DNA of 63,249 nucleotides, counting the filler, from Rhabdomonas costata (taxonomy: Eukaryota): the NCBI GenBank assembly GCA_019059605.1. It is 48 parts of 48 records of this genome, joined end to end, with 100 filler letters (N's around TTAATTAATTAA, not from the genome) between each part and the next. Parts side by side here need not be neighbours in the genome. Positions count along the whole stretch, not along the records: positions 23,769 to 24,988 come from JAHMHO010023098.1; positions 25,089 to 26,308 come from JAHMHO010023099.1; positions 26,409 to 27,629 come from JAHMHO010023100.1; positions 27,730 to 28,949 come from JAHMHO010023101.1; positions 29,050 to 30,269 come from JAHMHO010023102.1; positions 30,370 to 31,588 come from JAHMHO010023103.1; positions 31,689 to 32,908 come from JAHMHO010023104.1; positions 33,009 to 34,228 come from JAHMHO010023105.1; 40 more parts are not named here. The stretch is one strand, 5' to 3'. A program made the translations under genes and the position numbers. The notes beneath the pieces are model-generated. The model worked only from the letters and a program-made list of their open reading frames with translations, did not search any database and had not been told where the DNA came from. Shown piece by piece: positions 24,130-37,053 of the stretch. The first letter of the stretch is position 1. Each line of letters opens with the position of its first letter.

Positions 24130-24790
24130 TGTGAGGATATCGAAGAGACACCCACCACAGGCCCTGGAAGCTCCCGAAGTAACGCCTGTAATGCCCGAGA
24201 TATGTTCATGGGAGCTCATCGAAGAAATGCCCGCGGGCTTCCGTGTGATTCGCTGTGATTCCATTGAGGAGAGGCCCACCGCAGACACATGGGAGCCCGT
24301 AGATTAGATAGCCGCAGTAGATCCCTGAGGAGTCGCGGAAGTAGTGCCGGACGTTGGTCTCTGAAGACCCACCGCAGAGATACCTGGGAAATGGTCACGC
24401 GAGTCCATCGAGGAATCGGGGACAGCTGACCCTGAACGCCCATCGAAGAGATCCCAGCCAATTTCTCATCCGAGCCATCAAAAAGATCCCAGCCGTAGGC
24501 ACCTGGGAACCAATCGGAGAGACACCCGCCGTCGCTCCATGGGAGCCGATCGAGGGGACGCCCGTCGAAATGGTGCCAGACGGGAGTCCCGGGAAACCCC
24601 TCGAAGGTGCCCACTGGTGGCGCTGAAGAACCCATCGAAGAGATCCTAACCAAATTGTCATGCGAGCCCATCAATGAAATGCGCTTCGGCGGAATCTGGT
24701 AGCCCATCGACGAAAAACCCGGGGCTTGTCCCTGTGATTCCATCGAGGAGAGGCACACTGCAGACCCATGTTGGCCCGAAGATCGTTCAA
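24130..24790 (+). repeat. Degenerate tandem array with ~36-bp period (~18 units), consensus near TGGGAGCCCATCGAAGAGA-N17
   Basis: Unit starts at 24254, 24290, 24326, 24362, 24398, 24433, 24469, 24504, 24540, 24624, 24661, 24697, 24733 and 24769. Confidence 0.8.
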
Positions 24791-25088
24791 AGAAATGCCT
24801 CGGGCTCACAAAAAACGACGCCCTGGGCTGGAAATGTGCTCAGGAATTTTGTTGCATTCCAGCGAAAGGCGTTGCAAGAAGCGATCCAATCGCGCCCCAA
24901 GGAGCCGGTGTGAACTTCCATGTTCAATAAAAAGAAATGCTGCCTCTGGCCAAAACATAAGCATAAGCAACATTCTCTTTAGGACAACNNNNNNNNNNNN
25001 NNNNNNNNNNNNNNNNNNNNNNNNNNNNNNNNTTAATTAATTAANNNNNNNNNNNNNNNNNNNNNNNNNNNNNNNNNNNNNNNNNNNN

Positions 25089-25424
25089 GAATGGGGTGCA
25101 TGAACGGCATCTACAACAAACAGCAACCCCCTCATGGATGCTCCTTTCGTTACCGGAGGATTACTTCAGTTTCCAGTTTCAGCCCAGGCTGCCCCAAGAC
25201 CTCCCTGACAGGTCAAAAGGTCACCTTCCCGACCCGTTTAAAAAAAGAATTTTCACTTGTACGTCACAGAGTTAACCTGATATCATGGCCCACTAACCAC
25301 TAATACGGCTCCTCTTGCATCGAATGCAAGCAACTGCTCAGCGGTGCGGAAATTCTCGCGTGGAGAAAAAAGCATCCATGAGGGGGTTGCTGTTTGTTGT
25401 AGATGCCGTTCATGCCCCCCATTC
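25089..25424. repeat. 54-bp inverted repeat (1 mismatch) starting at the contig edge
   Basis: 25089-25142 matches the reverse complement of 25371-25424. Confidence 0.9.
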
Positions 25425-26423
25425 CCTGTTCTTTCGGAAAAGACGAAAGCACCTGTGGTCTTCTTTGACTTCCGAACATACAGGAAGTCACAGAAGGTGT
25501 CCACGCTGGACTGCAGCACGGCCAGTTGAGAAGCTAGAATCTGTTCGAAACCACGCAACCCAGGCCTGCAGAAGCGCAAAGTTATGCCTCTTCTTCTTCT
25601 TCACCACGACCATGACCACAGGATTATGATCACACCAGCTTGTCTCTGACCCTTCCAACAAGTCAACTCCAAGCTCTTGTGAAAAAGTATGCGTCGGGGG
25701 CACCCAAAAAAACATTCTGTTAACACGGAATGATGAGGCAATACCGCTGGATTGAAGTTAAATTGGGATGCGAAGCGTTAGGGTTCCCTATAATTTGGAT
25801 TCGAACTTTATGCCCTTCCAACTCGTCGAGTTTGGTCCACGTCTAACTCTCGTCATCCAAATCGCACGATGAGGGAATGCAAAGTCAAAGGGGAGCTCAG
25901 CCAAGACACCCCCCCCAAAGAAAACGCACATTCAACCCAAAACCCCGAAAAAGCAAAACGAGGCATGGCACATGGCCATCACACCCCTCCGGCCATCTCC
26001 ATCCCACAGATCACGTATTCCTTGCCGCCTTTGGGCAGCCAGTGGTCTAGGAAGTGCGCGAAGAGCCTGGCAATCTTGTGCGCGACGGCCTTGTCGAGGA
26101 AGTTTGTGGAGGCGTTGAGGTAGTCTGAGCATTGCATTGCCACAGGAGTGCAGGGAAAGCCAAGACATGGAGAAAGAAGTCAAAATGGTTCGCGCCGGCA
26201 AGTCCGTCAAAACGCCAGAGGCATAACTTTGGTAAGACACCCAAACTTCCTCCACCATTCCTCCTAGCCTCCTCAACACTAGGAAAAAAATCCCGAATAC
26301 AGACAGCANNNNNNNNNNNNNNNNNNNNNNNNNNNNNNNNNNNNNNNNNNNNTTAATTAATTAANNNNNNNNNNNNNNNNNNNNNNNNNNNNNNNNNNNN
26401 NNNNNNNNGTTGGTGTTGAAGGA

Positions 26424-26729
26424 ACGAAGCATGGGTGCGTCAGCGAGCCATGCGTAGTAGTGAGTGGAAGGGTAAGTGCCCCCAAGTCGAGGATGCGTAA
26501 GGAATCGGGCATTCCATCTGTAGGTATCGAGGGCATGTCTGAGGCACGAAGGCATGACCGAGACAGGAGGCAGCACCGCAGGTAGGAATGCCAACACCCT
26601 CAGGCATCTTTACACCCTTACACACTCTCTAAAGGCATCAAGGCATCAAGAATGCGTAAGAGGTTAAGGCATGCATCTTTAACCCCTTAGACACGAAGCA
26701 TGGGTGCGTCAGCGAGCCATGCGTAGTAG
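26424..26729 (+). repeat. 37-bp exact direct repeat within GGCAT-rich cryptic simple sequence
   Basis: acgaagcatgggtgcgtcagcgagccatgcgtagtag at 26424-26460 and 26693-26729. Confidence 0.9.
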
Positions 26730-27729
26730 AGAGTGTCCCCGAGTTGAGGATGTCATTGAGTCGGAGTAACACGTAGGCATGGTCGGTACGGGCATGCCGT
26801 AGTAGAGGGCATCGCGATAGAAGGCATCGAGGGGTTCAGGCATTAGGCATCTTGGCATCTGGGTTCATCTTCCACTACAGTCATGCTGAGTTACTGCATT
26901 CTTCACTCATAGTCATGCTGATACCCCTTACACATTACACCCTCAACTCACCACATCCCTCGAACCCCAGACCTCCACAGAAACACGTAGCCCCAAGAAT
27001 CCATTGACTCACTAACACATACAAGCACTGTAGAAGCGTAGATCCATGACACCAAGAACACACGTAACCCCAAGACCTCCACACACAAACAAGGCATGAC
27101 TCAGCTTGACATCGCACAGAACCCCAGACTACGCTCCAACTTCAGACCTCGAGACAGAAACACGAACCCCGACACCCTCAACGCAAGAAACACGCATGAC
27201 CCTCACATCCAACAACGTACTCAGCTTGGCATCAGAAACACGGACCCTCTCACTCTCACCACACCCCTCGACACAAACACAGCCTCCAACTCCAACACGT
27301 AACCCTACACGTAACTCTGACACCCTCCCTACGTCCTCAGAAACACAGCCCTCACCCTCCACACACAGCAGCGTAACAGAAGCAGCACCGACACCAACAT
27401 CACCAAGTACACCAGTAGCGCTAGAAACCCTCACGTCACCAACCCTCACAGCCACAGCCCCAGAACTCCACGCAGCACCTTCCAACATCCATCGACCCAC
27501 GTAAGCAAGCACACCATCAAGCACAACATCAACGTCACCACCAACACCCTGAGCGCCTCGAACCACCACACCCACCAACTGCAACACACCCTCCAACCCA
27601 AGCACATCCACAGAGCCATGAACCAACGTNNNNNNNNNNNNNNNNNNNNNNNNNNNNNNNNNNNNNNNNNNNNTTAATTAATTAANNNNNNNNNNNNNNN
27701 NNNNNNNNNNNNNNNNNNNNNNNNNNNNN

Positions 27730-28629
27730 GTTGTCAAACAGGAGAAACGAGGTGTTACTTAGAGGGTGCAGCCCGTGGGCGTTGTGGAAGGCCTCCGGCA
27801 CGGGATGCCCAGACTCGTTGCGCAGCGCCACCGTGCCAAACCGCCCCACCGACCACAGCAATTTTCCTTTACGGACATGAAACAAAGAAGCCGCCCATCA
27901 CACCCAACGCACAAAAGTCCTTTGCTAGTCCCCATTTTTTGGGATCGTGATGGTGCGACACAAAAAATATCAGCTTGCATCACGCAAAAGCTGCTGACAG
28001 TTAACACTTCCACCCAGAAGGAGCAGGAAGCATGAATACTGAGGTTCTGCAGTCAACAGATTGTGATTCAGTCACCAAAACCAAATGCGATTAATCTGCG
28101 AATCAGTCAACCCCGGGTGAGCAAGAAGAATTGTCATGTCCACTGCTAACAGATATCCAATGAAACCAACTAGTAATTTAGGGTTGCGCTCAGTTGCCCC
28201 CGACACAAAAGCAGCTGAAAATCAAGCGCTGGGGGGGGGGGGAGAGAGAATGTGTTTGGTCCAAAACAACCAGAACATGACAGGATGCCCAATCACAACT
28301 GCTGAGAAAGACGAGAACGGGTAGGTGTGAAATGCCTTTGACATTGCCTTTTTGATGTGGTGTGGGAGGTGCACCACACCCGATGGCAGCGCCACCTTGA
28401 AGAACGAGTGCAGTGTGCGGGAGTTCCACAGCAGCGCCTTCCCATCGGGAGTAAGCACCACTGTGTTCATGTGGGTCAGGTCAGGCTCCAGAGTATCCCC
28501 AAGACGGAGGGGTGCCTGGAAACTGTGGCCGCCCCGAAGCAGCCGTTCCACCGCCACCCACCGCCACAGCACCGCTCCGTCAGAGAGTCGGCTCTGTATG
28601 ATATCGTCGGACTTCAGAAAGGTGAAGCT
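27730..28629 (-). CDS. Arylsulfotransferase-like (ASST) beta-propeller protein, partial; exons 28629-28380 and 27866-27730
   Basis: DGAVLWRW...DLTHMNTVVLTPDGKALLWNSRTLHSFFKVALPSG|KLLWSVG...AFHNAHGLHPLSNTSFLLFDN fits the ASST pattern D..H.Ns...S.R / G...W..G / H.......lFDN. GT-AG intron. Confidence 0.75.
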
Positions 28630-29086
28630 CTGCTTCCTCCCAAGGGGGCAGAAAACCCTGTGCGGTGCACACACAAGCCCAGTGGGTCCGACCACAACCC
28701 GCGTCATCAGAATTAGAGGAGGGCGTGCAATTCAGGTCTTTCGCACTCCCAGCTCCGGGCAAGTTGCTGAAATTGGTGGTGGTGGTGGTGGCTCTAAACC
28801 TATGCCTGTTGCGGTTCACGTACGGTTCACGTGAACCTGCCACCGAATCCTCTATCACTATGCAAAAACTCCGCTGGAATAGAAACAACCGTAATTTCAC
28901 CCGCACTCACATGGTTCCTTCCCTGCAGGTCATAATGCTTCACACAACCNNNNNNNNNNNNNNNNNNNNNNNNNNNNNNNNNNNNNNNNNNNNTTAATTA
29001 ATTAANNNNNNNNNNNNNNNNNNNNNNNNNNNNNNNNNNNNNNNNNNNNTTGCTGACAGATCCCAATGGACGACGAAGGAATTCAA

Positions 29087-29127
29087 ACACTCACACTCAC
29101 ACTCACACTCACACTCACACTCACACT
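29087..29127 (+). repeat. (ACACTC)n hexamer microsatellite
   Basis: About 7 tandem units. Confidence 0.95.
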
Positions 29128-30846
29128 TACAATAAAACGTGCAGGTTTCCCTTTGGGATCCGCTTCCCACTGCACAACGTGTGTCGGGCAATCACCACAA
29201 AAAGCTGTGGACTCTGCAATGTCTGCGGAATGTGGTCAATGCGGTGGGCTATATCACCGTGGACGGCTTCATGGATCTGCTGAAGGAAAACCCCGTCTTC
29301 AGAGGAGCTAAGGGCGACTTCTTCATGAGGAGGGGGGACTTTGTCAGGATGATTAAGGAAAACCACTTCCGAATTGACATAGTTGAATTAGCCTCCACTC
29401 CAGTGTATTTGATATGTTGGATAAATGCACCTCCCACACCTCCTCTGTCCTGAAGGAAGCGTTGGCCATTGATGGCGTGCCGATTCGCTGCAGATTCGCT
29501 TGAATACTTTCATCGCTTGTGTTTTGGGAAAAAGAAATTAGTTTTGAGGGTGAGTGATGAGCACGGCACTGCTTTCTGGGTTCTGGGATTGGAAGTGGGT
29601 GAAGGACCTCAAAGACGACTGAACTTGTGCACAGAGGTCTGAGAGAACGGGAAATGAGGAGGGAGGGAGTTTCGGCAGCGCCGTTTTGTTCAGGTTGCCC
29701 ATTGGGCGCTGGCAGCTCAGCTTGACTGCCATCGTGTTGTGTTGTTGCTTCCCAATGCTAAATTTCAGTGTTTCAGGTTCGGGCACACCCCAGTACACCA
29801 GACCCTCATCTCCTCTCTCACATCGCGTGCGGCAAAACCTAATCTTTCTCTTTGGATGAGATGCCGCAGGACTCCTTTTCGCAGGAGTAGAGAGACACAG
29901 GCGTGACAGGGGGGAGCCTACGAACACCCATGTGTGCTTTCTTGTTGTTGGGTTTCGTAAGTCTCTGCTGGAAAGGATGGGATTGGCGCAATCATTCAGT
30001 TTGGTCGGCGCGTATTTGCTAGAAAAAGGCGTCGGTGAATGTTTCCTCGTTATGCATGCACTTTGATTTGCGCATGTCGCGACCCGGAAAATTCGTGAAG
30101 TCCCAAAAGAGAGTCACCACCTCAATGTGGGCCCCAAGAGACACGAGCGTAAACACATTTTACCCCAATATTCAAAACTGTTTTCTTCCTTTCTGCGCTG
30201 CACCAGAATCATTCTGCCCCAACCGGTCCTAACCCCTCCGCCACAGAATACGCCGCTCTACCACAAACCNNNNNNNNNNNNNNNNNNNNNNNNNNNNNNN
30301 NNNNNNNNNNNNNTTAATTAATTAANNNNNNNNNNNNNNNNNNNNNNNNNNNNNNNNNNNNNNNNNNNNCGTTTTTGTGTACGAGTCGAAGAAGTCAACC
30401 AGCTTATTCAAGACAGAAGGTGAACCCGAGGGCCGGTCACCACCGGACAAGTCGATCTACGGAGGTTTCCTGCATCCTGCCGCGGGTGGCCGTCAAGTGG
30501 ACGGGGCCGAGGCCAGACACAGTATTGCGCATCTTCACTTATTCGCGCACAGGGAAAGCCTTTTTCGCAGGGGTTCGGATGCAATGCCCGGGTTCTTTTT
30601 ACAGCCGTGTTTACTCTTTTTGATTTGGAGACTCTGTGTTGTGACGATGACAAGCTGCGTGCTTTTCTAACAAAATTCGGAGTTCTTCAGGGCTTCAAGG
30701 CTTGCAGCTGTGGTGCTTCTTAGTTTTCGAAGTGGTACTATGACCATGGCTGTGCTTATAGGAGATGCACCGCTTGTCGTCTCAGGGTTTATGGAAAATG
30801 TGATGGTATCTTGGAGAAATGCCATTTGACGCGACCTCTCAACTCT

Positions 30847-31096
30847 CAGGTGGATCACAACAAGGGGGAGTATACCCTTCGGGAGACGATAAAAGGCAAT
30901 CTTAGGGTGGTGTCGACACAGGGTATTGACGGCGCCTGGGGAAACCTCAAAAACTTCCTCAGGGCACGAGGTGGGATGCTCTGCTGACCACCTGGAGAGC
31001 TCTGTGAAGAAGTTTCAATGGCGCTGGAACTTCCCTGACCACTCTGATCCTTTTTTATATCTAATAGAGTGTATTACTGATGGCTGTTTTCAGTGA
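30847..31096 (+). mobile_element. Degenerate Merlin/IS1595-family transposase C-terminus (frameshifted)
   Basis: QVDHNKGEYTLRETIKGNLRVVSTQGIDGAWGNLKNFLRARGG, frameshift at ~30976, then SADHLESSVKKFQWRWNFPDHSDPFLYLIECI. Confidence 0.85.
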
Positions 31097-33536
31097 CTTG
31101 CCTTTCGGCCTCGTGGGCGAATAAGTGTAGGTATGCCATACATATAAAGATAAATATGCGGATAAAAGTGGGACGCAGATTAGGCGGGCTGGTCAAAAAT
31201 CTTGACATTAAATTGCTAATGTTGCCTTCCAAGAAAGCAGTCAGATATCTATCTACCTTGAGGAGATCCTTTCCTGAATACGTGGCAAAAAGCCCAGCTT
31301 AATTGGTTTAGTGCCTTCCCGATCGATCTTTTCTTTGACGATTTTTTCTTTGGCAACACTTTGCTGTGGAAGACTCCAAGGTTTTTGGCGCCCAAAGACC
31401 TTTAAAAGTCGAAGGAAGCGATGTGCAAGAAGGAGGAAGTCTTTGGACGTTGATGCCTTGGCGTCCGTTCGTTAATGCGCAATGGTCCTGGAGTTGGTGA
31501 CTTTTATGGCTTCGGCCATGCCGAGACAGAGGAAACTCGACCACAGCAACCGAGAGACAAAGACCGAAGCCGAAGCCCAACATCACACNNNNNNNNNNNN
31601 NNNNNNNNNNNNNNNNNNNNNNNNNNNNNNNNTTAATTAATTAANNNNNNNNNNNNNNNNNNNNNNNNNNNNNNNNNNNNNNNNNNNNCGCCCCTCCCCT
31701 CCCCCCCAAAGTTTTGGTGATCCTGGCAACTAGCTTTGCAACCCTGCATAGGAAATTAGGGCACAAAATAGAGCAATTGTGGCAGAAGTTTTCTGTCATT
31801 GTCATTCAGGCGGTTCCACAGAAGTACACCCCACAGAAGCCCGCTGCAGCTCCGGCGCAGCCTTCGGCCGCTTCCGCCACATCGTTTCAGCCTTTGAGGA
31901 CCACCTCTCACCCGAACAGGCCAGACTACAGCCGCATCCTCTGCCGAGACTACGTCAAGGCATGCGCCACTGGGAACGGAATGCTGATCCGCTTCTTTTG
32001 AAATGTTTTTGTTGTTCTCGAATTCGATGGGCAGTATCTTCTCGAGTTTTGTGTGTTTTCGAATCAAAGAGAACCTCCTGCCGGCTTGGAAGTGTTCCAG
32101 TCGGGGGTTGCTTTACTTTCTTAGATTTGGAATATAAACCGGGCCATTTCATGTAATAGTTGCTTTGGGTTGTTAACATTGGTGGGTGAATGAGCGTCTG
32201 TCTTTTGTGCGGCTTGCAGGCAACGGGTTCTGGGTGAGTTGCGAAATCGGGAGCTCACCGATAACCTCTCTGTTTTAGAGAGTAAAAGCTCTCGACTCTT
32301 GGGTTATATCGCCGTTGACACGTTTATTTGGATAACAAGAAGCCTGAAGCAAAAAATACTGTGACTCCTAGAACAAGAGGAAAACAAATAACCTGAGGTA
32401 AGTTACGGAAACTCAGAAAGTGATACGTGACGGGTTTCCATTCGAAGTCGTTTTAACCTGTAGAAATGCCGCTGTCTGGGGCTTAATATGTGATGGTTTT
32501 TTGACCGGGAACCTGAAAGGCAGTTAGATATAGAATGCTTCGAAGAGACTGCTGCGCCAAAGGCACGATTTCTTCCGGGTGCTTCCGTGATTGCGTTGAT
32601 CTTGAAGCGAATTGTGAGTTCTGTAACGGGCTGTTTGTTGAGAAGTTAGGTAAAGATAGGGTTTAAACACAGCCATTTGGTATGGTGCAGTTCTGACTTT
32701 GCGGTGTAACGTACATTACTAAATTTACAGACAACCTCAATCTCATTTTTTAGAATTATTGTTTTCAGAATCAGCACTTCACAACGACAACAGCTTCGCT
32801 TACTCACAGAAACGTAAATTTTTCTCGATTTCGTATGGATGCAACACAATTCAGCATGAAAAGACCAAGAACCAAAAGCCCATAAAAAAGACCAAGAACC
32901 AAAAAAAANNNNNNNNNNNNNNNNNNNNNNNNNNNNNNNNNNNNNNNNNNNNTTAATTAATTAANNNNNNNNNNNNNNNNNNNNNNNNNNNNNNNNNNNN
33001 NNNNNNNNGGGGGTGGGGTCTAAATGTAGTGGTGAAGATTCTTGATGAATTCGAGCAAATAAACTAGCAGGTGCCCAGTTAGGGACATAATTTGCTCAAA
33101 GAATGACCAGAGTCTCGAGCAGTCGCTAGACTGAAGATGATGAGGCACTACTTCAGCAGTGAACCTTTTTTCTTTAAAGCCTTTTTGTACTCATGTTGAC
33201 AATTTATGCTGTCCTGGACCTCTGCAGTGACGAAAAAAAGTTCCGAGGTTGAGTGCGGTAGCTTGTTGCCCATGTTGTCCTGAAGAAGAACTTATGGTTC
33301 GACAAGGTCCCTTCTTTGCTAACAGTATTTTTATCAAATTTAATACACTGTTTGTGTTTGCAAAGGTAATCTGATTTCGACTCTGGGGGGTCGCGAAAAA
33401 CAGCGTGACCCACCTAAAGACCCATCAACCAAAGCAAATGCTGCCGCCCCCCGAAGATTGAGCAGTGGCATCCGGCTCAGCTGCGTTTTCCATGAGAAAG
33501 GGCGAAGGAGAATGGGGTGAGAGGGGAAAGGGAAAC

Positions 33537-34069
33537 CATTTGTTGGTTCTCCTTCAGAGAGTGTGTTTGGATGGTCTCCTGCAGGGCGCTCATCTGGGAG
33601 CGCAAGCTTTGCTGTTCTGCTTGTTTGATGCTAAGCTCAGCCAGATGCTCGTCCACCTCTCCAGTGGCCTTAGCAATCTGAGAACCAAATACAACAAGCA
33701 GAGTGCCGGCCACAACGCAGTGACAAAGCATCAAGACACGAGAACACGAGAATAACAAATTGGAAAAAATTGGAAACAACCGCAAGGACGCCCGCACTAT
33801 CAATGAACGCAAACAAAAAGGATCAGAGTCTGTTCCGACAGAATCCAACGGCTGACATCGCCTTGTATTCGCTCACGAGAATCGGCCAGAGAAAATTGTT
33901 CAACCGTCAGAGCAAAGCCGTTTTTTGTAAACACGCACCATAAAAGCGCTCTAGAGTAGCGTTCTAAAAATCCTGAAAAGGCCGGGTATCTTGGCCTTGG
34001 GTGGCACACCTCCTGCTCAACCCGCTTGGACTGGAGCTGAGAGGCGGGACCAGAGAGGAGTTCCAAGAC
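33537..34069 (-). CDS. Coiled-coil hypothetical protein, internal exons 34069-34010 and 33677-33537
   Basis: AG/GT-bounded phase-0 exons VLELLSGPASQLQSKRVEQE | IAKATGEVDEHLAELSIKQAEQQSLRSQMSALQETIQ with a heptad pattern. Confidence 0.55.
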
Positions 34070-37053
34070 CTTGGCAACAGTTCTCTGAAAAAAGAAGAAA
34101 AGAGATGCCTACTACAACAACTGCGGCAATCCACCCCACAATTACAAAGCAGCCGCACAGGTGTGCTGATGCCAAGCAATTCAAACGGTGAATAGACATC
34201 AGCTGAGACGCAGCCAGCCCACCAAAACNNNNNNNNNNNNNNNNNNNNNNNNNNNNNNNNNNNNNNNNNNNNTTAATTAATTAANNNNNNNNNNNNNNNN
34301 NNNNNNNNNNNNNNNNNNNNNNNNNNNNTTGTGAGGGCATGTGCTGGAAAATTTATGGTACATGGTTTGTTCTGAAGGGCGGGGTTATGGCCCCGCTGAA
34401 TTGGGTAAGCTTATGTTTGCCGTTGTGTGTTTGTTGGCAATGCAATTTTGCATGTTTCCTTCATAAAAAAACGCAGCTTTGGGGGTGAAAATAACGTGTC
34501 AATAGTGGATGTTCACTTTCAGGCACTTGCTTCCAGAAGTTGTGCCTCCATCTGTGGTACATTGATGGCGTCTTACAGGACGAACCGCGGAAGTCCCGCG
34601 AATCCATCTTTCCTCAGACACAACATATGCAAACAATGCAAAAGGACGAAATCCGACAAAATGTATCCCCAAGTCCGAATGGAGGTTTTTGGAGCGTTTT
34701 TGCATGGCTTAGAGATGAACTAGTAGTATTTTTGTGCCACGCTTGACACTGACTTCAACTGTTCTTAGTTCCAAATCTCTTTTCCCATACTAAACCACTC
34801 CTTTCTCCTTCCTCACGCTCATCCCCTTTTATCGCAAAACCATTCCCTTCTCCCCTCTACGTTTTCATCCCCATCTCCTGTTCGCCTGTTAAAAGTTACT
34901 ATTCTACTGTACCCTTGTGCTTTCGGACCGAAAATACAACCCAAAGCCCAGTTTCCGGTTTTGTGCTTTTTTTTATTGTCAAGTTACCTTTTGAAAGTGA
35001 CACATATCGCCCATTCTTTCAGATCGCGTCCGTGGCAGCCGTGGGCCAGCGACCCGAGCAGGACGCCTCCCCGGAGTATGTTCCCCTCCCCTATCCCACT
35101 GTATCTCTTTTTTTGCCGTTGTTACAATTACGTGTCACGTGACCACCTACAGGAAGTGTATCTATGAACGCAACCTTGTGTCCAAACACCCTCTCCTTAG
35201 GAAACATGATTTTAGCTAAATACCACCCAGAATGGAAGAGTGCTGCCTGTGCGTCTGTGTACGCGCGGACTACCGCATCCTTGCTGAGCCTCTTGTCACG
35301 AGTACCCACAAGAGAGCCTTCGATAAAAGTACATGCAGGAATAACGAGAGAGGAGGGAACCAGAAAACCTTGCATTTTTGTGTTCTGTGTCATTTTGCCT
35401 GACTTTGGAGGATCGATGACGTCACAGTGCGGTGAGGCGGCACTCCGTGACGTCATCGTGACACGGTGCCGGAAAATGTGCACCCTGGTTATCAACGAGC
35501 GAGTGCACACCGGATGACATTCGCTGAGCACAAGGGCCCACACCCCCANNNNNNNNNNNNNNNNNNNNNNNNNNNNNNNNNNNNNNNNNNNNTTAATTAA
35601 TTAANNNNNNNNNNNNNNNNNNNNNNNNNNNNNNNNNNNNNNNNNNNNGGGGGGTTGGTGAACTATTGCGGTTTGGCACCCTGACAGTAAACTGCGGGTT
35701 TCAGGTCCGTTTGTGTTTCCCTGTAAATTGTTTTTGTGGTAGGTGCTGCATCCCTTCAAACCTGTGCTTGTGCCGCAGTACCGTCATGTTGCGTTTTCAA
35801 GGGCCTTCTTGTGGTGGCAAACCAGCGGCTACGTCCAGAAAGGAGCACCAGCCGGCATCTCGCAAGTATCCTCCCAGCTGAGAGTGAGTAGTGAGAGAGC
35901 TGCACCTCTCGTGGTGGATCAGATGAGACAGGTAGCTAAACGCGCCGCAGCGGTACTCCTGCGTGAGGGAGGGATTCGAAACGTGACTCACACAAAATCC
36001 AATACGAAACTAGGCATAAGTGCACTGATGCCCCCCCCCGTAACCCGCATATGCAAGTCCAACACTCCACTCCGCTGCGCTCCGCGGCCCAAGATATCCT
36101 GGAAAAAAATCCCACGGGGCATGAGCATCGCTTCCTAACCCTCTGCAAAAGCTCTCTCAGGCAATTCCAGGAGGCTCGCACATCGCCACCTGATGGGCCG
36201 ATAAAAGCACTAGTTAACAGCCCAAATAGGATGGATCAAACAGAGTGGGGGTGGGGCAAATGCACTAGCGTCCGACACTGACACCTCGCCGCACGCACAA
36301 AAATAGACTTTCGTCAGAATTTCAGTCAACAAAACATCCACCCGCTCTCCAAAGGCCAGGGCACCCAGGGCAAGAACGTTAAACAGGCCTCCCAAATGTT
36401 AACAAAAGCAGAAAGCTTCAGCGGGCCTCTCCAGGATGCGCGTAATCCAGCTGTCCCACCCTCTCTCCTTTGGGGTTCTTTGATTTTTCCTTCAAACACC
36501 CCAATTTTGGCTCTACCCTTTCTTCGAAATCAGAGCAAACCTCGTTCCCGATCGACATCGGGAAGAGCAGAGTGAGGGTTCTAAAGTCGAGCACTGGGGC
36601 CATGGAGTACCAGAACTGCAGCGTAAAACAGCACTCGCGAGGATCTCTCCAACCAAAGGCAGATTCGTTGCGCCCTGCCAATGCATTACCCTCTCTTGAC
36701 CACCTGCTAGACTGCCTGCCACCTCTTCAGGGACGGTCTTGCGACCCAGCAGAGGGGACAAATGTATTCTTTTTTTTTGGGGGGGGGGGCAATAAGCGCT
36801 TAGCATTGCTAAACGTGTAACGACCCCCCTTCAAAAAATACAAGAGTGCGGTGCCAAACAAAAAAACCNNNNNNNNNNNNNNNNNNNNNNNNNNNNNNNN
36901 NNNNNNNNNNNNTTAATTAATTAANNNNNNNNNNNNNNNNNNNNNNNNNNNNNNNNNNNNNNNNNNNNTTGTGACAGTTCAACTGGACGAACAACAACAG
37001 GCGAAGTCTAACCACAAGGCCGCTCTGGAACGAAGTCCACCACGCCAGCACAC

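Noticed and set aside
24130-24790. CRISPR array
   Set aside because: The conserved halves are too degenerate, the period is only 36 bp, variation looks codon-like, and there are no cas genes.
27106-27626. Thr/Pro-rich or Val/Gly-rich ORFs as real proteins (also 957-1139 and 55438-56162)
   Set aside because: They are explained by strand-skewed low-complexity DNA that lacks stop codons.
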